From: an uncultured Actinomycetota bacterium
GTDB lineage: Bacteria; Actinomycetota; Actinomycetes; JAHEKZ01
NCBI GenBank assembly: GCA_963718235.1
Contig: CAVQYR010000002.1
Coordinates: 704,001-768,000, forward strand
Reading direction: 5' to 3'
Length of the DNA: 64,000 bases
Made by a program: the position numbers and the translations under genes. This document shows positions 44,673 through 55,183 of this stretch, piece after piece (position 1 is the first letter of the stretch; each line of letters opens with the position of its first letter). The notes beneath the pieces were generated by a model that was not told the DNA's origin, did not search any database, and worked only from the letters and a program-made list of their open reading frames with translations.

Positions 44673-47102
44673 ATGCCCACGCTTGCCGCGGACGACGTCC
44701 TCGCCGCCGAGGTCGAGGTCAACGGCCGTACCGTGACCGTCGACGAGGTACCGAAACGACGCTGGTCGCGTCACCCGGGCGACATCATGCGTCTGTTGGT
44801 CGCACTCGTGCTCCTCGGGGTGTCGCTGGTCGTCCTCGAGTGGGGGCTGCGAACCTCGATCGGGCTCCAGGAAGACGTCTCCAACGCCACGTCCGTCCTT
44901 CCCGGATTCGTCCTGACCGTGCTGTACGGCGGTTATGCGCTGGCGGCGGTGCTGACGCCCCCGGCCATTCTGGTCTGGGTCATCGTGCGTCGACGTTGGC
45001 CGCTGCTCGGCGTCTACGTCCTGACGACGCTGGCCGCGTCGCTGCTGCTGCACCTGGCGGAAGGCTGGATCAGCGCTCGCGTGCCCGGTGTCGATGCCGT
45101 ACCCCTGGTCGTCACCCAGGTCGACATCGACTGGGCCATCGACCCCGCATGGGTGGCGTCCTTCGCTGCCGCGCTGACCGTGACCGGCCCGTGGATGAGC
45201 CGCCGCTGGTACCGCACGGCGTGGATCGTCCTGGCCCTCCTCGTCCCGGTGCGGCTCCTGGTCGGCGCCGGTGTGCCGACCGGGCTCCTGGTCGGCCTGG
45301 CGGCCGGCTGGGCCATCGGGTCGGCCGCCCTGCTGATCTTCGGTGCGCCGAGCCGCGCACCGTCGGCCTCCACGGTCGTCCAGGGCCTGGACAAGGCCGG
45401 CCTCCGGCTCGCCACCCTGCGCCGGGCCAGCGTCGACGCCCGAGGGTCGACCCCGTACTTCGGCGACGGGGTCGGTGGCGAGCACTACTTCGTCAAGATT
45501 CTCGGCCGAGATGAGCGCAGCGCCGACCTGCTGTTCCGGGTGTACCGGTACCTGCGCCTGGAGAACGTCGGTGACGAGCGCCCGTTCTCGTCGCTGAAGC
45601 GTGCCGTCGAGCACGAGGGCATGTCGTCGGTGTGGGCCGAGCGGGCCGGAGTGCGAACGCCGGTCACCGTCGCGTGCGTGGAGCTGGGCGACGGGTCGAT
45701 GGCGCTGGTCTACCAGATGGTCAAGGGCCGCTCGATCGACAGCGTCGCGCCCGAAGAGCTGACCGACGAGTTCCTGCGCGGGACGTGGCAGCAGGTCGAG
45801 CTCCTGCGCAAGGGGCGGATCGCCCACCGTGACCTTCGCCGGGCGAACGTCTTCATGACCGAGGCCAGAGAGCCGATGATCATCGACTTCGGCTTCGGCG
45901 AGGTGTCGGCGAGCGACGCGCTGCTCGACCAGGACGTCGCCCAGCTCGTGCTGTCGACCGCGGTCGACGTAGGCGCCGAGCGTGCGGTCGCGGCCGCCGT
46001 CGCCGTGCTCGGTCGCGACGCAATCGGGTCGGCTGCGCCTCGGCTGCAGACGCCGGCCCTGTCCGGGGCCACCCAGGCCGCCCTCAAGCAGCACAAGGGG
46101 CTGCTGGAGGAGACCCGCGAGCAGGTCAAGGTGCAGGCGGGCGTGGAGGAGATCCAGCTCGCGAAGCTGCAGCGGATCAGCGGGCGCCGCCTGATCATCA
46201 TGGTCATGGCCATGGGGGCGTTCTGGTTCCTCATTCCGCAGATCTCCGACATCCCGCGACTGACCGCCGAGCTCAAGGACGCCAACTGGGCCGACGCCGG
46301 CGTCGCCATCGTGTTCTCGATCTTGACCTACGTGGGTGCGGCCCTTTCGCTGTCGGCGAGCGTCACCCAACGGATCCCGGTCGGCCGAACGACGCTGGTC
46401 ACGCTGGCCGGCTCGTTCGTCAACCGGGTGACCCCGGCCAAGGTCGGTGGCATGGCGTTGAACCTGCGCTACCTGCAGAAGTCGGGGGTGCCCACCGCCG
46501 TCGGAACCGCCTCGATCGGCCTCTACTCGGTGGTCGGCATGATGACCCACATCTGCCTGCTCGTGATCTTCTCGGTCTGGGCCGGCAAGGCGGTCGACTT
46601 CACGCAGTTCCTGCCCAGGGGAACCATCCTGTACGTGGTCCTCGGCATCGGAGCCGGTCTCATCGGGGCGGTCCTCTTCGTCCCGAAGATCCGCACCTTC
46701 ATCGCGGAGAAGGTCAAGCCGCAGGCCCAGATGATCCTGACCAACTTCAAGGGGCTGTTGCAGCACCCGCTGCGCCTGGTGCTCATGGTGGTCGGCTCGG
46801 CCCTCCTGACCCTGAGCTACGTCGGCGCCCTGTACTTCAGCATCCAGGCCTTCGGCGGGGGGATCGCGGTGGCGGTCATCGCTGTCGTGTACCTGGCCGG
46901 AGCCTCGATCGCGAGCGCCGCGCCGACCCCGGGAGGCGTGGGTGCGGTCGAGGCCGCCCTGATCGGTGGGCTCAGCGCAGCGGGGCTGCCATCGACGGTG
47001 GCCGTCGCCTCGGTCTTCCTCTACCGACTGGCGACGTTCTGGATCCCGGTCCTACCGGGCTGGGGCTCGTTCGTGTGGCTCGAGCGTCACGACGAGATCT
47101 GA
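44673..47102 (+). CDS. Membrane protein: TM domain + kinase-like domain + lysylphosphatidylglycerol-synthase/UPF0104 flippase-like domain
   Basis: FVKI, AHRDLRRANV, IIDFGFG, NRVTPAKVGG, APTPGGVGAVE, LYRLATFW. Confidence 0.8.
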   Translation: MPTLAADDVLAAEVEVNGRTVTVDEVPKRRWSRHPGDIMRLLVALVLLGVSLVVLEWGLRTSIGLQEDVSNATSVLPGFVLTVLYGGYALAAVLTPPAILVWVIVRRRWPLLGVYVLTTLAASLLLHLAEGWISARVPGVDAVPLVVTQVDIDWAIDPAWVASFAAALTVTGPWMSRRWYRTAWIVLALLVPVRLLVGAGVPTGLLVGLAAGWAIGSAALLIFGAPSRAPSASTVVQGLDKAGLRLATLRRASVDARGSTPYFGDGVGGEHYFVKILGRDERSADLLFRVYRYLRLENVGDERPFSSLKRAVEHEGMSSVWAERAGVRTPVTVACVELGDGSMALVYQMVKGRSIDSVAPEELTDEFLRGTWQQVELLRKGRIAHRDLRRANVFMTEAREPMIIDFGFGEVSASDALLDQDVAQLVLSTAVDVGAERAVAAAVAVLGRDAIGSAAPRLQTPALSGATQAALKQHKGLLEETREQVKVQAGVEEIQLAKLQRISGRRLIIMVMAMGAFWFLIPQISDIPRLTAELKDANWADAGVAIVFSILTYVGAALSLSASVTQRIPVGRTTLVTLAGSFVNRVTPAKVGGMALNLRYLQKSGVPTAVGTASIGLYSVVGMMTHICLLVIFSVWAGKAVDFTQFLPRGTILYVVLGIGAGLIGAVLFVPKIRTFIAEKVKPQAQMILTNFKGLLQHPLRLVLMVVGSALLTLSYVGALYFSIQAFGGGIAVAVIAVVYLAGASIASAAPTPGGVGAVEAALIGGLSAAGLPSTVAVASVFLYRLATFWIPVLPGWGSFVWLERHDEI

Positions 47103-47779
47103 GCCGTCTGCGGGCGCTCCCGCCGGGGCACACCGACGGCCAGGTTGAGCAGGGCTGCGACCACGACCCCGGTCGCCGCTCCTGCGACGACGTCCAGCGG
47201 GTTGTGCGCCCCGAGGTACATGCGCGCCACGGGGACGGTCAGGCAGACAGCGAGGACGACCCACTGCCACCGGCGGGTGAGGTAGGGAGCGATCAACCAG
47301 CCGATGCCGAACGCGATGATGACGTGACCGGACGGGAACGAGACCCCCGACCACGGGACGTCGCGCAGGTTCAGGCAGCTGAGGTCCTCGTTGCAGATCG
47401 AGGTGCCCGGACGCTCCCGGTCGATGAGCTGCTTGAGCACCTGCTTCTCGACGATGAGCTTCAGGGGAACGAGGGCCACCAGGGCGATCGCGAGTCGCCA
47501 GCGCTTGAACACCAGTGCAACGACCGCGAAGCCGAGAGGCAGCAGGAGCAATCCGAGGAACTGGGCGGCCCACATCGGGCGGTAGAGCGCGTCGGGCAGG
47601 TCGTTGAACAGGCGGAAGACCCACTCCTCGGCCGGGGACACGCCTTGTCGCGCCACGAGCAGGCTGATGGTGACGACGACCACGCCGGCTCCTGCCGCAA
47701 CACCGTCGAACGTCCAGCGCCGGACATACGCGCGCGGAACGGCGCCGCGTCGGGCCGGTTCCCCCGAGTGGGTGGACAC
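47087..47779 (-). CDS. PAP2-family membrane phosphatase
   Basis: KQLIDRERP, FPSGH, ARMYLGAHNPLDV. Confidence 0.88.
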   Translation of the reverse strand: MSTHSGEPARRGAVPRAYVRRWTFDGVAAGAGVVVVTISLLVARQGVSPAEEWVFRLFNDLPDALYRPMWAAQFLGLLLLPLGFAVVALVFKRWRLAIALVALVPLKLIVEKQVLKQLIDRERPGTSICNEDLSCLNLRDVPWSGVSFPSGHVIIAFGIGWLIAPYLTRRWQWVVLAVCLTVPVARMYLGAHNPLDVVAGAATGVVVAALLNLAVGVPRRERPQTAQISS

Positions 47780-47855
47780 GCTTGCCGCCTCCTGCGGTGC
47801 ATGGCGTCGGTGCTGGTCGGGTTCTGTACTGTGACCGCCCCAAGGAGGTCAGGCG

Positions 47856-49247
47856 ATGGCGCGGTCGAGGAAGACTATCGAGCGACGGGTGGCCAGCCCA
47901 CTCGGTCACGCGACGGTCAGCACGGGCGAACGCAGCCTGGTCGGTCGGTCGAAGCGGGTCGACGTGCCCCGGTCGTCGCACGGCGACTGGCAGCCGGCGC
48001 CCGACCGTCCTGACCCGGTCGACCTGCTCGCGGGGCAGGAGACCTCCCGACTGGCCGACCTCATCCCGCTGCGGCACGAGCGGATGGGTGCTGACCCGTT
48101 CTCCTTCTTCAGAGGTGCCGCAGCCGTGATGGCCTGGGACCTGACCCACGCCCCACACACCGACCTGTTCGTCCAGCTCGGCGGCGATGCGCACCTGGCC
48201 AACTTCGGGCTCTACGCCGCGCCGAACCGCGAGCTGGTGTTCGACGCCAACGACTTCGACGAGACGCTGCCCGGCCCATGGGAGTTCGACCTCAAGCGGC
48301 TCCTCGTCAGCCTCGTGGTCGGGGCCAGGGCACTGGGAGTCGCCGACGCGGCGGCTGAGACAGTGGTCCGCGCCGCCGTGGCCCGCTACCGATCCTCCCT
48401 GCGTGAGTTCGCGAGGATGACCGATGCCGAGGTCTGGTACTCACGGGTCCGGATGGAGGACGTCCGGGCCCTGGTCGAGCGGGACCGTGAGGTGGCGGCG
48501 CTGGTCGACGACACCATGCGGCGTGCGACGCGCAACACCTCGGCCCGGGCCCACGCCAAGCTCGTCGAGCGCGTGGGGTCGGGCCAGAGGTTCCGCAGCG
48601 ACCCGCCGCTCCTGGTCCGCTTGGAGGACCTGCCACAGAAGGCAACGGGGGCACTGGGCTCGGAGATCGAGCAGATCATCACCAAGTACCAGCGGTCTCT
48701 TCCGGACCACCTGAAGGTGCTCATCGAGCGGTACGAGGTGCTCGACGTGGCCCGCAAGGTGGTCGGGGTCGGCAGCGTGGGCACCGAGTGCTACATCGTG
48801 CTGCTGCAGGGGCGTCGGATGGCCGACCCGTTCATCCTGCAGGTCAAGCAGGCGGTCCCCTCGGTCTTCGAGGCCGACCTGCCCAACAGCCGTTATCGCA
48901 GCTCGGGTGCGCGGGTGGTGGCCGGGCAACGGCTCATCCAGGCCGCTTCGGATCCGTTCCTGGGGTTCTTCACCACGCGAAGCGGCACCAGCTACTACGT
49001 GCGTCAGTTCCGCGACGCCAAGGGCTCGTTCGACGTGGCCACCATGTCAAGCCACTCGCTGGCGAGCTACGGCGAGCTGTGCGCCAACTCGCTGGCCCGA
49101 GCCCACGCGAAGTCCGGGGACTCCCTGGCCATCCAGGGCTACATCGGGAAGGGCCGGACGTTGGAGGACGCGATGGTGCGGTACTCGATGGCCTACGCCG
49201 ACCAGAACGAACGGGACTTCCAGCGCTTCCGGTCAGCCGTTGGCTGA
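47856..49247 (+). CDS. DUF2252-family protein (kinase-like fold)
   Basis: PFSFFRGAA, GDAHLANFG, FDANDFDE, KVVGVGSVG, LARAHA. Confidence 0.88.
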   Translation: MARSRKTIERRVASPLGHATVSTGERSLVGRSKRVDVPRSSHGDWQPAPDRPDPVDLLAGQETSRLADLIPLRHERMGADPFSFFRGAAAVMAWDLTHAPHTDLFVQLGGDAHLANFGLYAAPNRELVFDANDFDETLPGPWEFDLKRLLVSLVVGARALGVADAAAETVVRAAVARYRSSLREFARMTDAEVWYSRVRMEDVRALVERDREVAALVDDTMRRATRNTSARAHAKLVERVGSGQRFRSDPPLLVRLEDLPQKATGALGSEIEQIITKYQRSLPDHLKVLIERYEVLDVARKVVGVGSVGTECYIVLLQGRRMADPFILQVKQAVPSVFEADLPNSRYRSSGARVVAGQRLIQAASDPFLGFFTTRSGTSYYVRQFRDAKGSFDVATMSSHSLASYGELCANSLARAHAKSGDSLAIQGYIGKGRTLEDAMVRYSMAYADQNERDFQRFRSAVG

Positions 49248-49907
49248 CTCCATGCCCGCGTCCCGGTCGATCCCGACCGCGAGGTGCCAGGCGTAGGCCA
49301 GGGACAGCCCGAGCGCTGTGCCGCCGACCACATCCAGCGGGAAGTGGGCCCCGACCACGACGCGGGAGAGCCCGACGGTCGCGGCCAACCCGTAGCCGAT
49401 CACCCGCCACGGGCGGGTGAGGTACGGCGACAGGGTGGCCGCGCACGCGAAGGCCACCGTGGCGTGTCCGGAGACGAAGCCGAGGCCCTCGGTGAGAGCG
49501 GACGACCGGACCACCTCGTCCGGCAGCTCTGCTGCCGGACGGCCACGTTCGATCTCGTTCTTGACCAGCTTCGCCAGCCACCAGCCGCCCCAGCCGGTGA
49601 CCAGCGCACCTGCGCTGGGGCGCCACGACCGGGTCAGTCGCCAGGCGATGAAGGCGACGACTGGGGGTGCCCATGCGCTGCCGGCCTGCATGGGGAGCCA
49701 CAGGGCGTAGTCGACCGCGCGGGGGACGTCGTGGAGCCTCTCGAACAGCGTCGCTTCCCAGTCGGGAACGCCTCTGTTGGCCGCGTACGAGCTGGCGGCC
49801 AGCACGACCACGCTGGCGGCGAGCTTGGGGAGCTGCCGGAGCCGTCGCGAGCCGCGGGGTGTCGATGTTCCGCTCGACGTGGGAAGGGCGGCATCGGCAG
49901 CGGTCAC
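49233..49907 (-). CDS. PAP2-family membrane phosphatase
   Basis: KNEIERGRP, FVSGH, SRVVVGAHFPLDV; leaderless (TAGCCT). Confidence 0.86.
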   Translation of the reverse strand: MTAADAALPTSSGTSTPRGSRRLRQLPKLAASVVVLAASSYAANRGVPDWEATLFERLHDVPRAVDYALWLPMQAGSAWAPPVVAFIAWRLTRSWRPSAGALVTGWGGWWLAKLVKNEIERGRPAAELPDEVVRSSALTEGLGFVSGHATVAFACAATLSPYLTRPWRVIGYGLAATVGLSRVVVGAHFPLDVVGGTALGLSLAYAWHLAVGIDRDAGMESANG

Positions 49908-50006
49908 CGGGGCAGGCTACCGCCCGGGGCGCCGACTAGCCTGGTGGCGTGCACCCGGCGTGGATGGTGCCGCAACCAGCTGGCTCGAAGGGTGTGAACG
50001 GCAACG

Positions 50007-51494
50007 ATGAGTGCTGATGTGCGAGTGCGCTTCTGTCCGTCACCGACGGGGAACCCACATGTCGGCATGGCCCGGACGGCGCTGTTCAACTGGGCGTTCG
50101 CCCGCCACCACGGGGGCACCTTCGTCTTCCGGATCGAGGACACCGACTCCTCCCGGGACACCGAGGAGTCCTACCAGGCGTTGGTCGACGCCCTGCGCTG
50201 GCTCGGGCTCGACTGGGACGAGGGGCCGGAGGTCGGCGGGCCCCACGCGCCGTACCGGCAGTCCGAGCGGCTCGATCTCTTCCGTGACGCCGCGGCGAAG
50301 CTGCGCGAAGCAGGGTTCGCCTACGACTGCTACTGCAGCACCGAGGAGCTGGACGCCCGTCGCGAGCAGGCGAAGGCCGAGCACCGCACGCCGGGGTACG
50401 ACGGCCACTGCCGCTCACTGGCCGCCGACCAGGTGGATGCCTACCGCGCTGAGGGCCGTCAGCCGGTGCTGCGCATGCGGATGCCCGACCACGACATCAC
50501 GTGGGACGACCTCGTACGCGGCCCGGTCACCTTCGGTGCCGGGCAGGTGCCCGACTACGTCCTGGTCCGGGCCAACGGCGAGCCGCTCTACACGTTGACC
50601 AACCCGGTCGACGACGCAGCGATGCGGATCACGCACGTGCTGCGCGGTGAGGACCTGCTGTCCTCGACCCCGCGGCAACTGGCCCTGTGGGAGGCGCTGC
50701 GCGAGGTCGGGATCGGTGACGGCACGACGCCGCGGTACGGACACCTGCCGTACGTGATGGGCGAGGGCAACAAGAAGCTGTCCAAGCGCGACCCCGAGTC
50801 CAGCCTGCAGATGTACGTCGAGCGCGGGTACCTGCCCGAGGGGCTCGACAACTACCTCGCCCTGCTCGGGTGGTCGATTGCGGAGGACCGGGACCGGTTC
50901 TCGATGAGCGAGATGGTGGAGGCCTTCGACATCGGCCGGGTCAACCCGAGCCCCGCCCGCTTCGACCTGAAGAAGTGCACGGCCCTGAACGCCGACTGGA
51001 TCAGGACCCTGCCGTCAGAGGAGGTCGCTCGACGGATCGTCCCGTTCCTGCAGCGGGCCGCCCTGCTCGGCGACCCGGCCGACCCGGACGCGTTGCAGCT
51101 GCTGGAGCGCGCGACGCCGTTGGTGCACGAGCGGATCGAGGTGCTCACCGACGCGGTCGGGATGCTGCGCTTCCTCTTCGTCTCCGATGCGGACTTCGCC
51201 GTCGACGCCGACGACGCCGCGAAGCTGCTGACGACCGCGACCCGTCCCACCATCCAGGCCTCGCTCGACGCGCTCGAGTCACTCGGCGAGTGGGCGGAGG
51301 AGCCGATCGAGGCCGCCCTACGTTCGGCCCTGGTCGGGGGTCTGGCCCTGAAGCCGAAAGTGGCCTTCGGCCCGGTACGCGTGGCGATCACCGGACGCCG
51401 GGTGTCCCCACCGCTGTTCGAGTCGCTCGCACTCCTCGGTCGCGGCCGCAGTCTCGATCGACTGCGGATGGCGCGCGACTCGATCTCCGGCTGA
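50007..51494 (+). CDS. gltX: Glutamate--tRNA ligase
   Basis: [11 protein letters not shown] (HIGH), RIEDTD, KKLSKR, SPPLF. Confidence 0.97.
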   Translation: MSADVRVRFCPSPTGNPHVGMARTALFNWAFARHHGGTFVFRIEDTDSSRDTEESYQALVDALRWLGLDWDEGPEVGGPHAPYRQSERLDLFRDAAAKLREAGFAYDCYCSTEELDARREQAKAEHRTPGYDGHCRSLAADQVDAYRAEGRQPVLRMRMPDHDITWDDLVRGPVTFGAGQVPDYVLVRANGEPLYTLTNPVDDAAMRITHVLRGEDLLSSTPRQLALWEALREVGIGDGTTPRYGHLPYVMGEGNKKLSKRDPESSLQMYVERGYLPEGLDNYLALLGWSIAEDRDRFSMSEMVEAFDIGRVNPSPARFDLKKCTALNADWIRTLPSEEVARRIVPFLQRAALLGDPADPDALQLLERATPLVHERIEVLTDAVGMLRFLFVSDADFAVDADDAAKLLTTATRPTIQASLDALESLGEWAEEPIEAALRSALVGGLALKPKVAFGPVRVAITGRRVSPPLFESLALLGRGRSLDRLRMARDSISG

Positions 51495-51504
51495 GCGAGA
51501 GCCC

Positions 51505-52213
51505 GTGAGTCTCTCGCGGACCGACGCGGTGATCTTCGACGTCGACGGCACGCTGGTCGACTACGAGCACGCCCAGCGCGAGGGTCTAGCGCCGACACCT
51601 CAGAGACCAGGGCTGGGGCCCCAACGCTTCCGGTTGGGAGCGCTGGTGCCGGGCAGAGGAGCGGCACTTCGCGCGCTACCTCGCCGGCGACCTGACCTTC
51701 GAGGGTCAGCGCCGAGAACGGGTGAGGGAGTTCGTGGGTGAGCCGCTGCCCGACGACGACGCCGACACCTGGTTCGACGGCTACCGGGCCCACTTCGAGT
51801 CCTGCTGGCGGCTGTTCGACGACGTCCTCGGCTCCCTCGACGCCCTGGCCGACCGCCCGCTGGCCGCGTTCTCCAACGTGTCGGGGGCCTACACCCGACG
51901 CAAGGTGTCGGCTGTGGGGCTGCAGGACCGGTTCGCCCTCATCTGGGGGATCGACGATGTCGGCGCAGCCAAGCCCGCCCCCCGAGTCTTCCTCGACCTG
52001 TGCGCGACCTTGGGGGTTGAGCCTTCGCGGACGCTGCACGTGGGCGACCGGTACGAGGCGGACGCGCTCGGGGCCTGCGACGCAGGGCTCCTCAGTCTCT
52101 GGCTGGACCGACCCGGGGCGTCGCTGTCCGGCCGACGCCCCGACGGAGCGGTGGACCCGCGCGTGACGGTCGTCACCTCGCTCACCGACCTGGTCGCACT
52201 TCTCGAGCAGTGA
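51505..52213 (+). CDS. HAD-family hydrolase; frameshift near 51590
   Basis: FDVDGTL motif I in the first frame; SN, AKP, HVGD..AD in the second frame. Confidence 0.8.
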
Positions 52214-52306
52214 GTGCTCTCCTGTGGCGGGCCACCGTCTCGGCGGTTTGGGCGGGCTGTGCATGTTGGGTATCCTCGTCCGCGTCCGGGCCCACCCCGG
52301 CACCCA

Positions 52307-52378
52307 TGGGGTATGGGGTAATTGGCAGCCCGACGGATTCTGGCTCCGTTAGTCTAGGTTCGAGTCCTGGTACCCCAG
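52307..52378 (+). tRNA. tRNA-Gln(CTG)
   Basis: TGGGGTA/TACCCCA acceptor stem, ACGGA-TTCTGGC-TCCGT anticodon arm, GTTCGAGTC T-loop. Confidence 0.96.
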
Positions 52379-52441
52379 CAAGATCGAGTGGTCGTACCCG
52401 CACGTAGACTCCTCGTTCGTTGCGCCGTGCATCGGCGCGAT

Positions 52442-52514
52442 GGCCCCGTTGTGTAGCGGCCTAGCACGCCGCCCTCTCAAGGCGGTAGCGCCGGTTCGAA
52501 TCCGGTCGGGGCTA
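52442..52514 (+). tRNA. tRNA-Glu(CTC)
   Basis: GGCCCCG/CGGGGCT acceptor stem, CCGCC-CTCTCAA-GGCGG anticodon arm, GTTCGAATC. Confidence 0.96.
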
Positions 52515-52521
52515 CGCAGGC

Positions 52522-52555
52522 AACGCCCCCGACCTCGTCGGGGGCGTTCTTGTTC
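52522..52555 (+). terminator. Intrinsic terminator after tRNA pair
   Basis: AACGCCCCCGAC-CTC-GTCGGGGGCGTT followed by CTTGTT. Confidence 0.8.
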
Positions 52556-52640
52556 TCCGACCGGTCTCGTTCGGTCAAGGCCGCTTCCTGACGCGTCAGT
52601 CAGTGAAGTAGGTTCGCTCCACCGACGTCCAGGAGGAGCT

Positions 52641-53723
52641 ATGCCGTACGAGGTGAGTGGAGTGGTCGCCCGAGCCAAGGGCGAGCCGGTCGCGGTCGAG
52701 ACGATCGTGATCCCTGACCCGGGTCCTGGCGAGGTCGTGGTCGACATCTCGGCCTGCGGGGTGTGCCACACCGACCTGCACTACCGCGAAGGGGGGATCG
52801 GCGACGACTTCCCCTACCTGCTGGGGCACGAGGCGGCCGGCCTGGTGTCCGAAGTGGGTCCGGGCGTGACCTCGGTGGCGGTCGGCGACTACGTGATCCT
52901 CAACTGGCGCGCCGTGTGCGGCCAGTGCCGGGCCTGTCGCCGTGGCCGCCCGTGGTACTGCTTCGCGACCCACAACGCCGCCCAGAAGATGAGGCTGCTC
53001 GACGGCACGGAGCTGTCCCCGGCGCTGGGGATCGGCGCGTTCGCGGACAAGACCCTGGTCGCCGAGGGCCAGTGCACCAAGGTCGACCCGGCAGCACCAC
53101 CAGAGGTGGCCGGCCTGCTCGGCTGCGGGGTCATGGCCGGGATCGGTGCGGCGATCAACACCGGTGGAGTGGCCCGTGGGGACTCGGTCGCCGTCTTCGG
53201 CTGTGGCGGTGTCGGCGACGCCGCGATCATGGGGGCCCGGCTCGCGGGTGCGCACACGATCGTGGCCGTCGACATCGACGATCGCAAGCTGCAGTGGGCC
53301 AAGGAGTTCGGCGCCACGCACACGGTGAACGCGTCGTCCACCGACCCGGTCGAGGCGATCAAGGCGATCACCGAGTTCGGCGCCGACGTGACGATCGACG
53401 CCGTGGGCAACCCCAAGGTGTTCCAGCAGGCCTACGACGCACGCGAGCTGGCCGGGACGCTCGTGCTGGTGGGTGTCCCGACGCCGGACATGACCTGGAC
53501 CACGCCGCTGCTGGACATCTTCGGGCGGGGAGGGGCGATCAAGTCGTCGTGGTACGGCGACTGCCTGCCCAGCCGTGACTTCCCGATGCTCGTCGACCTC
53601 TTCCTGCAGGGTCGGTTGCCCCTGGACAAGTTCGTGAGCGAGAAGATCGGGATCGACGACGTCGAGGGTGCGTTCGCCAAGATGCACCACGGCGAGGTTC
53701 TGCGTTCGGTGGTGACCTTCTGA
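52641..53723 (+). CDS. mscR: S-(hydroxymethyl)mycothiol dehydrogenase / S-nitrosomycothiol reductase
   Basis: [39 protein letters not shown]; RBS AGGAGG. Confidence 0.92.
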   Translation: MPYEVSGVVARAKGEPVAVETIVIPDPGPGEVVVDISACGVCHTDLHYREGGIGDDFPYLLGHEAAGLVSEVGPGVTSVAVGDYVILNWRAVCGQCRACRRGRPWYCFATHNAAQKMRLLDGTELSPALGIGAFADKTLVAEGQCTKVDPAAPPEVAGLLGCGVMAGIGAAINTGGVARGDSVAVFGCGGVGDAAIMGARLAGAHTIVAVDIDDRKLQWAKEFGATHTVNASSTDPVEAIKAITEFGADVTIDAVGNPKVFQQAYDARELAGTLVLVGVPTPDMTWTTPLLDIFGRGGAIKSSWYGDCLPSRDFPMLVDLFLQGRLPLDKFVSEKIGIDDVEGAFAKMHHGEVLRSVVTF

Positions 53724-54386
53724 GCGCCCGGGTCGACCACATCGTCACCTCGGGGACCTTCAGCCTCGACGGCGGCACGTGGGAGGTCGACAACAACGTC
53801 TGGCTGGTGGGCGACGACGACGAGTGCCTGGTGATCGACGCCCCGCACGACGTCGAGGCGATCCTGACCGCGATCGGTGGACGACGGCTCACGGCGATCG
53901 TCTGCACCCATGGCCACGACGACCATGTGCGCGTCGCCCCCGAGCTGGCCCGGCGCACCGGGGCGCCTGTGCTGCTGCACGACGACGACCTTCCGGTGTG
54001 GCGGCTGACTCACCCCGACGTCGACCCGGACGGCTCACTGGTCGACGGTCAGACCCTCGAGGTCGCAGGCACGACGCTGCAGGTCATGCACACCCCGGGC
54101 CATGCCCCGGGTGCGTGCTGCCTCTACGCCGCCGACCTCGGGGTGCTGTTCAGCGGGGACACCCTGTTCGCCGGGGGACCCGGGGCCACGGGCCGGTCGT
54201 TCTCGGACTTCCCGACGATCATCGAGTCGATCTCCCGGCTGTTCGAGACCCTGCCGTCGGGACTCCCGTCCGACCTCCGGTCCGACGACCGAGTCCGACA
54301 CCGTCGTCCACACCGGGCACGGTGACTCGACCACCCTGGGTGCGGAGCGGCCGCACCTGCAGGAGTGGATCGCCCGCGGCCACTGA
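53720..54386 (+). CDS. Metallo-beta-lactamase-fold hydrolase partner of MscR; CTG start and frameshifting insert near 54256-54295
   Basis: [37 protein letters not shown], then TVVHTGHG in another frame. Confidence 0.82.
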
Positions 54387-54396
54387 GGGCGGGCGG

Positions 54397-55113
54397 CTAC
54401 TCGCCCCGCTTGAGCGACTCGGTGAGAGCGTGGGCCGCCGCGACGACGGCGGGTGCGTGCTGCCGCCCGGGCTGCCGGGTGAGCCGCTCGATCGGGCCGG
54501 ACACCGAGACCGCGGCCACCACTCGACCTCCGGGACCGCGTACGGGTGCGGACACCGAGGCCACGCCGGCCTCCCGCTCGCCGACGCTCTGCGCCCAGCC
54601 ACGGCGCCGGACCCCGGCCAGTGCTGCTGCGCTGAACCGGGCGCCGCGCAGCCCCCGGTGCATGCGGTCCGGCTCCTCCCACGCCAGCAGGACCTGGGCG
54701 GCCGAGCCGGCGCTCATCGGCAGCACGGTGCCCACCGGGACGGTGTCGCGCAGTCCCGAGGTGCGGTCGGCGGCCGCGACGCACAGGCGCTGGTCACCCT
54801 GGCGCCGGTAGAGCTGGGCGCTCTCGGCGGTGAGGTCGGACAGCTGGGTCAAGACGGTGGCCGCTGCGGCCAGCAGCCGGTCCTCTCCGGCGGCGGCGGC
54901 CAGCTCGGCCATCCGTGGCCCCAGGACGAAGCGCCCCTGCAGGTCGCGGGCCACGAGCCGGTGGTACTCCAGCGCGACCGCGAGCCGGTGGGCGGTCGGC
55001 CGGGCCAGGCCGGTCGCAGTGACCAGCCCGGCGAGGCTCTGCGGTCCCGCCTCGAGGGCACCGAGTACGAGGGAGGCCTTGTCGAGGACACCGACTCCGC
55101 TACTGTTGTCCAT
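54397..55113 (-). CDS. ndgR: IclR-family regulator of leucine/amino-acid biosynthesis (NdgR/LtbR)
   Basis: MDNSSGVGVLDKA, LARPTAHRLA, GLRDTVPVG; divergent from leuC. Confidence 0.9.
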   Translation of the reverse strand: MDNSSGVGVLDKASLVLGALEAGPQSLAGLVTATGLARPTAHRLAVALEYHRLVARDLQGRFVLGPRMAELAAAAGEDRLLAAAATVLTQLSDLTAESAQLYRRQGDQRLCVAAADRTSGLRDTVPVGTVLPMSAGSAAQVLLAWEEPDRMHRGLRGARFSAAALAGVRRRGWAQSVGEREAGVASVSAPVRGPGGRVVAAVSVSGPIERLTRQPGRQHAPAVVAAAHALTESLKRGE

Positions 55114-55127
55114 GGAGCGATACTGCC

Positions 55128-55144
55128 GTCTCGGTATCTGAGAT
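55128..55144. promoter_or_regulatory. Putative NdgR operator between ndgR and leuC
   Basis: TCTC-GGTATCT-GAGA inverted repeat. Confidence 0.6.
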
Positions 55145-55183
55145 GCAAGCAGAAGGACCGGAACGCGTTGACAGGAGGAGCCG

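Noticed and set aside
52307-54386. Genomic island integrated at tRNA-Gln/Glu
   Set aside because: No integrase, no duplicated tRNA 3' end seen, and downstream genes are ordinary actinobacterial genes.
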